Shown: in pieces, positions 34,373 to 47,217 of the stretch | Layout of the letters: each line of letters starts with the position of its first letter | Numbering within the stretch: position 1 is the stretch's first letter | Sequence record: OR352952.1 | Reading direction: 5' to 3' (one strand) | DNA: 64,000 nucleotides | DNA from: Escherichia phage AV122 | Position numbers and translations under genes: made by a program | Notes under the pieces: model-generated | The model's input: the letters and a program-made list of their open reading frames with translations, nothing else | The model's database searches: none | Told to the model about the DNA's origin: nothing

Positions 34373-34738
34373 TTAAATATCAAATTCGTTAAGAACTACA
34401 TCAAAGATTGCTTCAAGATGCTCAGGTTTAGCTCTGTTACTCAGAATATGACGAATCCAAGTTTTAACCAAAAGCTTGCGATTATCACCATTCCAGCAAG
34501 GATGAGTCCCTAAATCGCGTTGACGAAAATCATCATCCAGAGCGATTTTAAAGTTGGAACCTTCCATTGTGATTGAAACCGTGATGCCATTTTCAAATCG
34601 CATATAAACATAGTTAGGAGTCATATACTGTTCAATTTCGCATACTGAACCATTTTGATGTTTCCAGAGGCAAATAGTATCAATAGAACCTGCAATACCA
34701 TTAGAAACATATTTACGTTCAAAGTTGATGTAGTTCAT
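34373..34738 (-). CDS. hypothetical protein
   Basis: 121-aa ORF with ATG. Confidence 0.5.
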   Translation of the reverse strand: MNYINFERKYVSNGIAGSIDTICLWKHQNGSVCEIEQYMTPNYVYMRFENGITVSITMEGSNFKIALDDDFRQRDLGTHPCWNGDNRKLLVKTWIRHILSNRAKPEHLEAIFDVVLNEFDI

Positions 34739-34806
34739 TTTTATTCTCCGAGATGTTTAATTGCGGTACAGGTATATAATATCATATCCTGTACCAAAGT
34801 AAACAA

Positions 34807-35139
34807 TTATTTTACTACTTTCCAATGTTGCATGTCAAGTTTACCAACTTTTTTCATCTTCTCAATCAAACGTTCGGCACGTTGGCGAGCTGTAACATAA
34901 TACCATTCACCTAATTCATTTTGTTCAATTTTTCCAACGATTACTGTATTCAATTCATAAATCCAACCAGTAAAGAAATTATGAACTTGAATTGTAAAGG
35001 TGAAATCTGTTCCCATACCTTCTGTTGTTTCTACTTCAATAATATCACCTTCAACTGCCATTAAGAACCACATAGTTTCATCATATTTACCATTGAAGCA
35101 TTTAGTTTTAACTGTAGCGTTCAGATTAATCGTTTTCAT
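34807..35139 (-). CDS. hypothetical protein
   Basis: 110-aa ORF; SD AAGGAG; early-type promoter upstream. Confidence 0.5.
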   Translation of the reverse strand: MKTINLNATVKTKCFNGKYDETMWFLMAVEGDIIEVETTEGMGTDFTFTIQVHNFFTGWIYELNTVIVGKIEQNELGEWYYVTARQRAERLIEKMKKVGKLDMQHWKVVK

Positions 35140-35162
35140 TTTATTCTCCTTTGTTTGTATAA

Positions 35163-35196
35163 GATAATACTATCACAAAGGAGCTATACTGTAAAC
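35163..35196 (-). promoter_or_regulatory. candidate early promoter for ORF 34807-35139
   Basis: GTTTAC, 17-nt spacer, TGaTAGTAT. Confidence 0.45.
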
Positions 35197-35226
35197 AACT
35201 TTATGCAATCTTTGGAAAATAAAAAA

Positions 35227-35244
35227 GGACTCCCGAAGGAGTCC
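35227..35244 (-). terminator. stem-loop after the 58-aa basic ORF
   Basis: GGACTCC-CGAA-GGAGTCC. Confidence 0.5.
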
Positions 35245-35249
35245 TCAAC

Positions 35250-35426
35250 TTATGCTTTCTGCTTACCAAAACGAGAAGCATCATCTCGAAGAACCGCACG
35301 TGCTCGGCGCATGATCTTCTCAACAGTTTGATTGATACGAGAGTTCGACCCACGCTTGTAGCCAGCGCGTTTAGAATCACCAACTTTCTTTTCAACTGCT
35401 TTCTTTGCTTTAACTTGTTTTGCCAT
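35250..35426 (-). CDS. small basic protein (58 aa)
   Basis: ATG 35426 (MAKQVKAKK...), Lys/Arg-rich; weak SD; followed by hairpin 35227-35244. Confidence 0.4.
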   Translation of the reverse strand: MAKQVKAKKAVEKKVGDSKRAGYKRGSNSRINQTVEKIMRRARAVLRDDASRFGKQKA

Positions 35427-35714
35427 TATAAATTCTCTTTTAAATGAAAATGCAGGACTTATTGGCATTGCCTGCGCAAGCCCTCAAGGGGTACTTAGGT
35501 TTTGAATATTTACCGACAGGATAACCATAAACCTCGTCAACATACCACCAAGACTTACACAGATAACACTTTTCTGACGCATGATAGTAACATTCAAGAG
35601 GTACACCATAAAACTGCCGGGGTCTTAAAACTATAATGATTCGCAAATCATTAATCAGACAGTTCGACGGCTCCTCGATTTTAGCTCACACTAAGGCAGT
35701 GAATCTCCAATAAA

Positions 35715-35963
35715 TTACTTCAGTGTTACCACAAAGTGACGAACTGCTTTTCGTGCAGCAGAAGCCAGAGGCTTAGCATATTTAAGTTCATCTTTTTCCT
35801 GAAGCTCAGCAGCTAATGCAGTTTGAGCAGGATTCAGATGTTTGAAATAACGCAGGATTTCAAGAGCTTCGGCTTCAACATCAATAGATGCGCCATAGTT
35901 TTCGTGACCATTATTCCATGCGTTTCGTTGCAGTTCAAGAGCGTGTTGTAATTGTTTAATCAT
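35715..35963 (-). CDS. rIII: rIII lysis-inhibition accessory protein
   Basis: 82 aa as T4 RIII; position next to gene 31. Confidence 0.7.
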   Translation of the reverse strand: MIKQLQHALELQRNAWNNGHENYGASIDVEAEALEILRYFKHLNPAQTALAAELQEKDELKYAKPLASAARKAVRHFVVTLK

Positions 35964-36110
35964 TTAAAAATTCTCGTTAGAGATTAAAACTCGGTAGTCA
36001 CGTTCTTCTGAATTTCATCTTCTTTCGACAGATCTCTCAGTTGTAGACTACCACATAGAATTGTTCGGTTAACTTATTATTCCGACACCCAATTCATATT
36101 ATTATTTATA

Positions 36111-36446
36111 TCACTTATAAAGACACGGAATAGCTTTATAGTGACAGGTAACGAATTTTTGCTTAATTTCTTTTGGCTGCTTAAGACCCAGAGCTACAAA
36201 AGGATGTGGAACGTTTCGAATTTGACCAACTGGAAGAGAAGTCAAATCACCAACTTCACAGAAACCTTCAGGAACATCAGGACCAACAGAGTGAATTACA
36301 CACAGTTCAGGAACTTCACCTTGAACACGTTTACCGATAATAAGTCCTGATTCTGTAACTTCTTCATCACCGGCTTGTGCAGGTTCAGAAACTAAAATAA
36401 CATATTCACCGACAGCACGAATTGGTAGCTGTTGTACTTCAGACAT
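36111..36446 (-). CDS. 31: co-chaperonin gp31 (GroES-like, for gp23 folding)
   Basis: 111 aa as T4 gp31; MotA-type promoter upstream. Confidence 0.9.
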   Translation of the reverse strand: MSEVQQLPIRAVGEYVILVSEPAQAGDEEVTESGLIIGKRVQGEVPELCVIHSVGPDVPEGFCEVGDLTSLPVGQIRNVPHPFVALGLKQPKEIKQKFVTCHYKAIPCLYK

Positions 36447-36476
36447 CGTTTTTCCTTTTTGTTAACAGATGAATTA

Positions 36477-36503
36477 ATAATAACAAATAATTCTTAAAGC
36501 ATT
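36477..36503 (-). promoter_or_regulatory. candidate MotA-type middle promoter for gene 31
   Basis: Minus strand aaTGCTTTA, 12-nt spacer, TATTAT. Confidence 0.4.
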
Positions 36504-36811
36504 TATTTACCAATAAATTGGAGTAAATGCTCAACTTTCATACCATTAACAGAAATCAATTTGTCAATAGAAAAACCTCGCCACTCGCCAAGCTCAACAT
36601 CAAATACTGGAATCATGTCAGTAGATTCTTTCCGAGTAGATTCAGTCAATTTACCGGTTTGCATGGTTGGCATAAAGTCTGCATCACGAGTACCTTTCAT
36701 AGTACGAATAGTACCATCAGACTTTTCAAAAACTATGTTTGAAACACCCATGGACAATTTAGTTTTCAAAATTTCACGAACTGCTACTTTCTGCTCAGTT
36801 GTCAGTTTCAT
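36503..36811 (-). CDS. hypothetical protein
   Basis: 102-aa ORF with ATG. Confidence 0.5.
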   Translation of the reverse strand: MKLTTEQKVAVREILKTKLSMGVSNIVFEKSDGTIRTMKGTRDADFMPTMQTGKLTESTRKESTDMIPVFDVELGEWRGFSIDKLISVNGMKVEHLLQFIGK

Positions 36812-37048
36812 TTATTTACCTATCACAGTTTTAATATGAGTTGTTCCACGTTCTTTAAGGGTGGAAAGTAATTTTTGGCATTTTTCTAAATCAGATTTCC
36901 AACTATATGGTCTATCAATACTAGTCCAATCAGTTTTATAATACTGTTTCCATTTAGAGAAAAAATATTTCTTATACTCTACAGCAAATGAAATGTTCTC
37001 GTTAGAATAAGAACTAATTGCTGTGAGCTTTACCAAACGAAATTTCAT
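36812..37048 (-). CDS. hypothetical protein
   Basis: 78-aa ORF. Confidence 0.45.
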   Translation of the reverse strand: MKFRLVKLTAISSYSNENISFAVEYKKYFFSKWKQYYKTDWTSIDRPYSWKSDLEKCQKLLSTLKERGTTHIKTVIGK

Positions 37049-37629
37049 TATTCACCACAGAATTCGTTGATATTTTCCCAGTTTAACTTATTCAAGTTTT
37101 TCTTAGGAACATTAAACACTTCAATACCTGCATTTCGCAGAATATCATCCCAGCCAGGTTTATTTTTATCATATGTTTCGCAATAAACCAGCTTTTTAAT
37201 TCCAGATTGGGCTATCGCTTTTGCACAATCTGGGCAAGGAGAAAGTGTTACATACATAGTAGCACCTTCAATTGAAGAACCGTTTCGTGCAGCAAACAAA
37301 ATTGCATTTAGTTCAGCATGAATTTCATTTTTAGACGACCATTCAGAGTGAGCGCTACGGTGTTCTTTCGCCAAGACAAAACGATCAGTTGAACCAAACG
37401 ATACACATTCAGGCTTATGACCTTGAATGATAGTATGTTTAGGTTTATTCAACAACCAACCTTGCTCGGCAGCATAATCGCAGCAGTTCACACCCCCGGC
37501 AGGTGAACCATTATATCCGGTAGAAATAATACGTCCATTCTTTTCAATTACTGCTCCTACCTTCCAGGAGCAACATTTTGATTCTTGTGATACTAAATAT
37601 GCAATTTGAAGTACTGTACTCGCTTTCAT
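37048..37629 (-). CDS. cd: dCMP deaminase
   Basis: 193 aa; zinc-binding HAE and PCxxC motifs. Confidence 0.9.
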   Translation of the reverse strand: MKASTVLQIAYLVSQESKCCSWKVGAVIEKNGRIISTGYNGSPAGGVNCCDYAAEQGWLLNKPKHTIIQGHKPECVSFGSTDRFVLAKEHRSAHSEWSSKNEIHAELNAILFAARNGSSIEGATMYVTLSPCPDCAKAIAQSGIKKLVYCETYDKNKPGWDDILRNAGIEVFNVPKKNLNKLNWENINEFCGE

Positions 37630-37964
37630 TTCATAATCACCAGATAAGCAGATTTAGCAGTTTCAACACGATAAATTTCGTGACGAAGTTTAGTTATACT
37701 TTTAATAACAGAACTAATTATATTCTGCCCATCTTTAAAGCGGTTTTTCTTATCAATAAAAATTGCGCCAACAATCTTTTTGTGAAGCTCAACTGGATAC
37801 TTCGTCACAATAATAGCATCATACACAGAAGGATGAATACTATTCACTAAAGTATCATTCATTAAAGTTATTCTAATGAACTGTGCTGTTTCAGAGTCAA
37901 GCGCTCTATGATCGCCAGTATCATTTTCAAGACAATTATCAATTATATCAGTTAAATTCATCAT
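37626..37964 (-). CDS. hypothetical protein (cd.1 position)
   Basis: 112-aa ORF coupled to cd. Confidence 0.5.
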   Translation of the reverse strand: MMNLTDIIDNCLENDTGDHRALDSETAQFIRITLMNDTLVNSIHPSVYDAIIVTKYPVELHKKIVGAIFIDKKNRFKDGQNIISSVIKSITKLRHEIYRVETAKSAYLVIMK

Positions 37965-38197
37965 AGTACGCCATACACCCTTTGTGCTTCAACTAATCCA
38001 TCAAAATCCAATTTGAGATGTGTTATTTGGTCACCATCACCTGGATTCACAATTACTAATACTGAACGAGGAGTTTCGGTAATAACGCGAACCGATGTTT
38101 CTGGAAATCGTTCAGAAACCTTATTTACCAATTCCTGAGCAAATAGTTTAACTTTTTCTTGGAATTCTTTAACAGTAATTGGTTTTTCACTTAGCAT
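37961..38197 (-). CDS. hypothetical protein
   Basis: 78-aa ORF. Confidence 0.45.
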   Translation of the reverse strand: MLSEKPITVKEFQEKVKLFAQELVNKVSERFPETSVRVITETPRSVLVIVNPGDGDQITHLKLDFDGLVEAQRVYGVL

Positions 38198-38718
38198 GTT
38201 AATCCCAGCTCCTTACTTTCAACGTTTTTAACTAATTTGACAGAAACTAATTCGGCATCTTGGGTAATCATTACCGGGCCTTCTTCATACTCTTCAAGAT
38301 ATTCTAGAGCTTTCTTTTTAGCTTCTTCCTTCGTATCAGTTTGAGCATAGATATAAAACATGCAACCAGTAATACCTACTACTTTCCACTTAATTTCTTT
38401 ATCAGTTTTAATTTCAAATTTACTGACAGAATCATCTTTTTGAACTTCTTCGAAAAAATAATATTCTGACATATAAGTAATTGAAAATAGCGGGCTATCT
38501 TTGTAGCATTCGCCCATTACATCAACAGCTTTATACCAGCAGTCATCAATTTCGCGTTTAATGCTAATAACATTTTTCGCAGGATCTATTTTTACTTTAA
38601 ATGAATTTTCCCCAATAAATTGAGCAATTCGTTTATTAGCCCCACAAGTTTCATTAAAAATATCTTTATATCCAGCTTTAAAGCGATAAACCTTATCTTC
38701 TTCAAACCATTCGCTCAT
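38191..38718 (-). CDS. hypothetical protein
   Basis: 175-aa ORF. Confidence 0.5.
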   Translation of the reverse strand: MSEWFEEDKVYRFKAGYKDIFNETCGANKRIAQFIGENSFKVKIDPAKNVISIKREIDDCWYKAVDVMGECYKDSPLFSITYMSEYYFFEEVQKDDSVSKFEIKTDKEIKWKVVGITGCMFYIYAQTDTKEEAKKKALEYLEEYEEGPVMITQDAELVSVKLVKNVESKELGLTC

Positions 38719-38781
38719 TTCAATTTCCTCATTTGTTTTTGGTAGAGCTATAATATCACAACTCTACCGTAAAGTAAACTA

Positions 38782-39057
38782 TTAAATTGCTTTGAATTCT
38801 GATGTCTGCGATTCAAAACGAATATCGCCTTTGATGACTAGCTCAGCATCAAGACCGAATACGACAATGATATGCGCTGAACCTGGATACAGCGTAATGG
38901 CAATAGAATCCACCTGGTCTGGAAGCAAAGTGTTCAACACATGAGTCACTTGAGCATGAATTCGAAGCTCAGCTGCGTTATCAAGTTTTTCAAACATATT
39001 ATTAGCAATAATTTGACTAAACACTACTTCTACGATTTTAGAATAAGTCGGAAACAT
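38782..39057 (-). CDS. hypothetical protein
   Basis: 91-aa ORF. Confidence 0.45.
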   Translation of the reverse strand: MFPTYSKIVEVVFSQIIANNMFEKLDNAAELRIHAQVTHVLNTLLPDQVDSIAITLYPGSAHIIVVFGLDAELVIKGDIRFESQTSEFKAI

Positions 39058-39059
39058 AT

Positions 39060-39252
39060 TTACCTCACATAATTTTCTTCAAGCCAATTAATAACATCCA
39101 ACGCATTGTCAAAAGTTGAACCATCTACTTTATCTTCTGTTTCATAATCAAGAACATCTAAGCCTACTCTTCCATCAACAATAGGCCATAAACAAAATAG
39201 ATATTTCTTTTCTTTTTCAATTTTATCACAAAGTCGATAAATCTTTTCTATG

Positions 39253-39260
<8 letters not shown>
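39060..39260 (-). CDS. hypothetical protein
   Basis: 66-aa ORF. Confidence 0.4.
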
Positions 39261-40675
<1,415 letters not shown>

Positions 40676-40678
40676 TTA

Positions 40679-40909
40679 TTATTTCTCAACCAATGATTGA
40701 ATATAATCATGTAGGTCTTTAGATGCTTTACCCCACTTATTTTGGTATTCATTTTTAAGATTAGCACGTGATTGAGCTAATAAAACATCATTAGTTGGAG
40801 GTAAAGATTCTAACCGCTGAATCTGGCGTCCGTAAATCATTGCAGCCATCTCGGATTCATAAATCAATCCTTTGAGATGTTCAAATTGATGCCATGAAAT
40901 CATTTGCAT
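40679..40909 (-). CDS. hypothetical protein
   Basis: 76-aa ORF. Confidence 0.45.
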   Translation of the reverse strand: MQMISWHQFEHLKGLIYESEMAAMIYGRQIQRLESLPPTNDVLLAQSRANLKNEYQNKWGKASKDLHDYIQSLVEK

Positions 40910-41199
40910 TTATCCTCTTTTAACTCTTGGCGATAATAACATATCATAGTTTTCTGATCATGTACATATCGTTTTACATCATTAAGCCAAATACGAAATT
41001 CCTGGGAATCTTCGAATGGCATACCGACCCAAGCTTTACCATCAATAACTTTAACTTGCCAGGATAGTTTAGCTTCATCGTATGACTTTATTTGTACTGG
41101 CCAATTAGGATGAACTGTTTCTTTCTTTACTTCTAGAGGCTTTGTCGAACAACCAACTAGAAGACCAATAGATAATATTACTGCTGATAGTTTAATCAT
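40900..41199 (-). CDS. outer-membrane spanin lipoprotein (o-spanin, Rz1-like)
   Basis: 99 aa; signal peptide with lipobox LLVGC; start overlaps the i-spanin end. Confidence 0.7.
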   Translation of the reverse strand: MIKLSAVILSIGLLVGCSTKPLEVKKETVHPNWPVQIKSYDEAKLSWQVKVIDGKAWVGMPFEDSQEFRIWLNDVKRYVHDQKTMICYYRQELKEDKCK

Positions 41200-41549
41200 T
41201 TAGAAAGGTCCTGGATGTCTTCTGCAAACTTGATGAAGGAGTTGTTGATTTGTTTTTCAACCAATCCTGGCTTATGAGCCACCACATCCGCCTTCTTTGC
41301 ATCTTTGCGCAGTTTTTCATTTTCACGCTCAATAGCAGCAATTGCCTCACGATTTTTATTATTCATCGCATCAATATAATTATACTGAATTCGCAAATTA
41401 TTTAATGCTAAAGCGTTTTCATTGGCCGTTTTTGTAATTTCTACAACAGACGTTTCTAATCTTTCAATTTTATTTTTTAAAATTAAAGAAGTTCCGCCCA
41501 ATGCAATTACAATTAATAGCAAGCCTGCTGTCGTATTACTTAATTGCAT
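41196..41549 (-). CDS. inner-membrane spanin (i-spanin, Rz-like)
   Basis: 117 aa; N-terminal TM helix LLLIVIALGGTSLIL followed by coiled-coil-like region. Confidence 0.7.
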   Translation of the reverse strand: MQLSNTTAGLLLIVIALGGTSLILKNKIERLETSVVEITKTANENALALNNLRIQYNYIDAMNNKNREAIAAIERENEKLRKDAKKADVVAHKPGLVEKQINNSFIKFAEDIQDLSK

Positions 41550-42043
41550 AAAGTTTTAATAACCTCTATAATATCGTCTTGAGAAAGACCGTTAATTAAA
41601 ATATGATGTTCAGCAGGAGATTTAGAAATTTTAAAGCATGCCTCAACATCTTCTGCCATATCCGATGCACTACGATTTGGATTACTAATACCAAGGCGGT
41701 GTTTTCCTGTCAAAGGATTAACGATAATATAGCATTTACAGCTATTGATATGAACATTAGGTTGAGTCTGATTAATGAACACTTCACAATCATACTTAGC
41801 GAGTTGATTTTCTAAAAAGACTTTCATCTCTTCAACCGCATCAGGAAGCATATCACGGGCTTGCTCAAGACGACGATTTCGATATTCTTTAATGGTCGTT
41901 TTCCGCTTGACTTGCTTAGCTAAATCTTTCTTAAGATCGGTGATATATCCAACTCGACGATTTCCTTTAAATACAGAAATCCCATCTGTAGTATCACCGT
42001 ATGCTTCAACGACCATTTCAGTAGTAATAAGCTGCAAATCCAT
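41540..42043 (-). CDS. alc: Alc transcription-termination protein
   Basis: 167 aa from second ATG; position between spanins and rnlA; early promoter upstream. Confidence 0.75.
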   Translation of the reverse strand: MDLQLITTEMVVEAYGDTTDGISVFKGNRRVGYITDLKKDLAKQVKRKTTIKEYRNRRLEQARDMLPDAVEEMKVFLENQLAKYDCEVFINQTQPNVHINSCKCYIIVNPLTGKHRLGISNPNRSASDMAEDVEACFKISKSPAEHHILINGLSQDDIIEVIKTLCN

Positions 42044-42051
42044 CATAAAGT

Positions 42052-42104
42052 CCTCATGTTATGTCAGTAAGACTACTATAACACAACACGAGGGACTTGT
42101 AAAC
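42052..42104 (-). repeat. 53-nt exact direct repeat, copy 2
   Basis: Identical to 26185-26237. Confidence 0.85.
42075..42104 (-). promoter_or_regulatory. early promoter for alc (identical copy)
   Basis: Same 53-nt sequence as 26185-26237, ending at SD GAGGA and alc ATG. Confidence 0.6.
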
Positions 42105-42107
42105 AGC

Positions 42108-43695
<1,588 letters not shown>

Positions 43696-43722
43696 AATAA
43701 AATGGGCCTTGCGGCCCACTCC
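43696..43722 (-). promoter_or_regulatory. denA split ribosome-binding site
   Basis: SD AAGGAG overlapping nrdB stop, GGGCC-GCAA-GGCCC hairpin, then AUUUUAUU-AUG. Confidence 0.5.
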
Positions 43723-44901
43723 TTAAAAATATTTTTTAAAACTCATCATAACTTTATCATCAACATCATTATCAATCTGTGCAACAAGGTAAGATGACAG
43801 TTCTACTTCTTGTGGCGCGGATTGAACATTATCAGAATTAAGATATTCACGAATCCAAGGATATGGATGTTTAACCGGAGCATCGGTAATTGGGCATGGA
43901 AGACCACACTGTTTCATACGAGATACGGTTAAGTAATCAATAAAGCTCCACATGCTATTTGTATTTAATCCAGGAACATCGCCATCTTTAAATAAATGAA
44001 CTGCCCAATCTTTTTCTTGGCGGTTAACTTCCATGAAAATATCAACTGCTTCTTGTTCACACTCTTGAGCAATTTTAACCCATTCATCGCCGTCAGTGCC
44101 AAGTTGAAGTTGACGAATAATATATTGGGTGCCTTTAAGGTGAAGCTGTTCATCGCGTGCAATGAACTTCATAATCTTGGCATTACCTTCCATGATTTCC
44201 ATGTTCTTATGGAAGTTAAAGGTACATGCGAAAGATACATAAAAACGAATAGCTTCCAATGCGTTGATTACATGAAGGCAAAGGTAAAGGGATTTCATTA
44301 GCTCACGCTTCCAATACATCTCATGCTCAATAGCATCTTCAATATCGTCTTCGTCTGCATTAATTTCTTTTTGGTATTCGATATCAGCTTTAGCATTCTG
44401 CCAATAGCGAGTTTTCTCAATAACGTCGTCGTAATAACGACCGATAGATTCAGCACGTTTCATGATAGCGTCATCTAACAGAATTTCATCAAATACCTTA
44501 GATGGGTCTGTATAGAGGTTACGCATGATATGGGTATATGAACGAGAGTGGATAGTCTCACTAAAAGTCCATGTAGCAACCCATGTATCAAGACTTGGGT
44601 CTGAAATTAATGACATAAGTGCAGAAGACGGTGCACGACCCTGAATGCTATCTAGAAGTGATTGATACTTCAGGTTATTAGTAAAAATATCTTGCTGATA
44701 CTGAGGAAGCTTGTTAAATTGCGCAGCATCCATCATTAAGTTTACTTCTTCAGGACGCCAGAAAAATGACAACTGCTTTTCGGTTAAATCTTCAAAAACT
44801 TTATGGCGTTGAATATCATAACGCGCAATACCAAGACCTGAACCGAAGAACATAGGTTCTTTTAAAACATCAACTGGATTTGTATTAAAAACTGTGCTCA
44901 T
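43723..44901 (-). CDS. nrdB: ribonucleotide reductase small subunit NrdB (intronless)
   Basis: Continuous 392-codon ORF, no intron. Confidence 0.9.
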   Translation of the reverse strand: MSTVFNTNPVDVLKEPMFFGSGLGIARYDIQRHKVFEDLTEKQLSFFWRPEEVNLMMDAAQFNKLPQYQQDIFTNNLKYQSLLDSIQGRAPSSALMSLISDPSLDTWVATWTFSETIHSRSYTHIMRNLYTDPSKVFDEILLDDAIMKRAESIGRYYDDVIEKTRYWQNAKADIEYQKEINADEDDIEDAIEHEMYWKRELMKSLYLCLHVINALEAIRFYVSFACTFNFHKNMEIMEGNAKIMKFIARDEQLHLKGTQYIIRQLQLGTDGDEWVKIAQECEQEAVDIFMEVNRQEKDWAVHLFKDGDVPGLNTNSMWSFIDYLTVSRMKQCGLPCPITDAPVKHPYPWIREYLNSDNVQSAPQEVELSSYLVAQIDNDVDDKVMMSFKKYF

Positions 44902-44952
44902 AAATTTTCCGCTTAGTTAATAGATAGTGACTCGTCCGTGAGTCAAATTATA

Positions 44953-47217
44953 TCATAATTTACAGGATGAACAATCTTCAGCTTTTGGAGTTTCTATTTC
45001 ATAATCATCAGTACCGGAACCGTCGCGGGTATTATGATAATAGAAATTTTTTCCGCCAAAATACCAAAAATACAAAAGGTCATCAATCATTATTGACATT
45101 GGAACCTTTCCTTTTGGAAAAATCTGCGGGTCATAATATGTATTCGCTGAAGCTGATTGACATACCCATTTAAGCATAATAGCTACCTGCGTAAGATAAG
45201 GTTTATTACCTTTCTTAGCTAATTTCCACGTATAATCATACAGGTCTATGTTATGCTCAATATTGGGCACGACTTGATTAAAGGAACCCTCTTTTGATTC
45301 TTTAACAGAGACTGGTCCACGTGGAGGCTCGATACCGTTTGTACTGTTAGAAACTTGGGAAGATGACTCACATGGCATAAGTGCTGATAATGTGCTATTA
45401 CGGATGCCAAAGAGCTTAAGGTCTTCCCGCAGCGACGACCAGTCACAAACGTATTTTGGAGCTGCGATTTGGTCAATCTTTTTATTGTACCAGTCGATAG
45501 GTAATTCGCCTCGAGACCAACGAGTGTCTGAATAATATTCGCAAGGTCCTTTTTCTTTGGCGAGCTTAATGGATGCTTTAATGAGTCCATACTGTAATCT
45601 CTCAAATAGTTCATGTGTTAAATCGTTAGCATCTTCATAAGAAGCAAAATTACTTGCCAGCCAAGCTGCATAGTTAGTAACACCGACGCCAAGGTTTCGA
45701 CGCTTTTTAGCTTTTTCTGCTTCAGGAACTGGATATCCTTGGTAATCCAAAAGATTATCAAGAGCGCGTACTTGAACTTCTGCTAATTCATTAATTTTAT
45801 CTTGGTCTTGCCAATCGAAGTTATCCAACACAAACGCAGATAATGTACACAATCCAATTTCAGCATCAGGACTATTCACGTCATTTGTTGGAATAGCAAT
45901 TTCACAACACAAGTTACTCTGACGAATAGGTGCCTTTTCACGAATAAACGGAGTATAGTTATTCGTATTATCAATGAACTGTACATAAATCCTTGCTGTT
46001 CCTGAGCGTTCAGTCATGAGTAATTCAAACAGTTCACGCGCTTTAATACGCTTTTTACGAATATTAGGGTCTTTTTCTGCGGCTTCGTACAATTCACGGA
46101 AACGGTCTTGGTCTTTAAAATAAGAATAATAAAGTTCGCCACCCATTTCATGTGGACTGAACAAAGTAATGTAGTCGTTCTTTCCAAAACGTTCCATCAT
46201 CAAATCATTCAGCTGGACGCCATAATCCATATGACGGATACGGTTTTCTTCTACACCTTTGTTATTTTTCAAAACGAGAAGATTTTCAACTTCCAAATGC
46301 CAAATAGGATAATAAGCAGTAGCAGCGCCGCCACGAATTCCGCCTTGTGAACATGATTTAACTGCAGTCTGAAAATGTTTCCAAAAAGGAATAACACCAG
46401 TATGACGTACTTCACCCATGCCAATCTTAGAACCTTCGGCACGAATCATACCAACATTAATACCAATTCCAGCGCGTTTAGAGATATATTCAACAATTGA
46501 AGCGGAAGCCTTATTGATAGACTTCAATGAATCACCTGCCTCAATAACAACACATGAACTAAACTGTCGAGTCGGAGTACGACAACCAGCCATAATAGGA
46601 GTTGGCAATGAAATCTGTCGAGTAGATACTGCTTCATAAAAACGGATAACATGTTTTAATCTATCAACAGGTTCATCTTGATGCAGTGCCATTCCAATAG
46701 TCATAAATGCAAACTGCGGAGTTTCATAAATTTGACCGGTGGTTTTATCTTTGACTAGATATTTTTCTTTTAATTGCATCGCTCCGGAATAAGTAAATTC
46801 CATATCCCGCTCGTGCTTAATTTTTGATTCTAAAAATGTAATTTCTTCCGCAGAATATTTTGACAATAATTCAGGGTCATATTTCCCTTCATTTACGCAA
46901 TAAGAAATATGGTCAATAAATGAACGCGGTTCATACTGCCCGTAAACATGCTTACGAAGAGCAAACATTAAACAGCGTGCAGCTACATATTGATAATCAG
47001 GCTCTTCAACCGAAATAGAATTCGCAGCAGCCTTAATGACAATAGTCTGAATATCATCAGTTGTCATTCCATCACGGAGATAAGATTTAATATTTTCATA
47101 TAATTCATAAGGATCTACTGATGTTCCTTCAGCTGCCCAAGATAAAACTTTAATAATTTTTTGTGGGTCGAAGCTCTGAGAAACACCACTACTTTTGATA
47201 ACATTAATTAATTGCAT
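44953..47217 (-). CDS. nrdA: ribonucleotide reductase large subunit NrdA
   Basis: 754 aa as T4 NrdA; active-site NLCCEI region. Confidence 0.95.
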   Translation of the reverse strand: MQLINVIKSSGVSQSFDPQKIIKVLSWAAEGTSVDPYELYENIKSYLRDGMTTDDIQTIVIKAAANSISVEEPDYQYVAARCLMFALRKHVYGQYEPRSFIDHISYCVNEGKYDPELLSKYSAEEITFLESKIKHERDMEFTYSGAMQLKEKYLVKDKTTGQIYETPQFAFMTIGMALHQDEPVDRLKHVIRFYEAVSTRQISLPTPIMAGCRTPTRQFSSCVVIEAGDSLKSINKASASIVEYISKRAGIGINVGMIRAEGSKIGMGEVRHTGVIPFWKHFQTAVKSCSQGGIRGGAATAYYPIWHLEVENLLVLKNNKGVEENRIRHMDYGVQLNDLMMERFGKNDYITLFSPHEMGGELYYSYFKDQDRFRELYEAAEKDPNIRKKRIKARELFELLMTERSGTARIYVQFIDNTNNYTPFIREKAPIRQSNLCCEIAIPTNDVNSPDAEIGLCTLSAFVLDNFDWQDQDKINELAEVQVRALDNLLDYQGYPVPEAEKAKKRRNLGVGVTNYAAWLASNFASYEDANDLTHELFERLQYGLIKASIKLAKEKGPCEYYSDTRWSRGELPIDWYNKKIDQIAAPKYVCDWSSLREDLKLFGIRNSTLSALMPCESSSQVSNSTNGIEPPRGPVSVKESKEGSFNQVVPNIEHNIDLYDYTWKLAKKGNKPYLTQVAIMLKWVCQSASANTYYDPQIFPKGKVPMSIMIDDLLYFWYFGGKNFYYHNTRDGSGTDDYEIETPKAEDCSSCKL

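Noticed and set aside
35440-35646. 68-aa Cys-rich ORF in the rIII-proximal intergenic region
   Set aside because: Starts with TTG and has no Shine-Dalgarno; reported as a possible non-coding region instead
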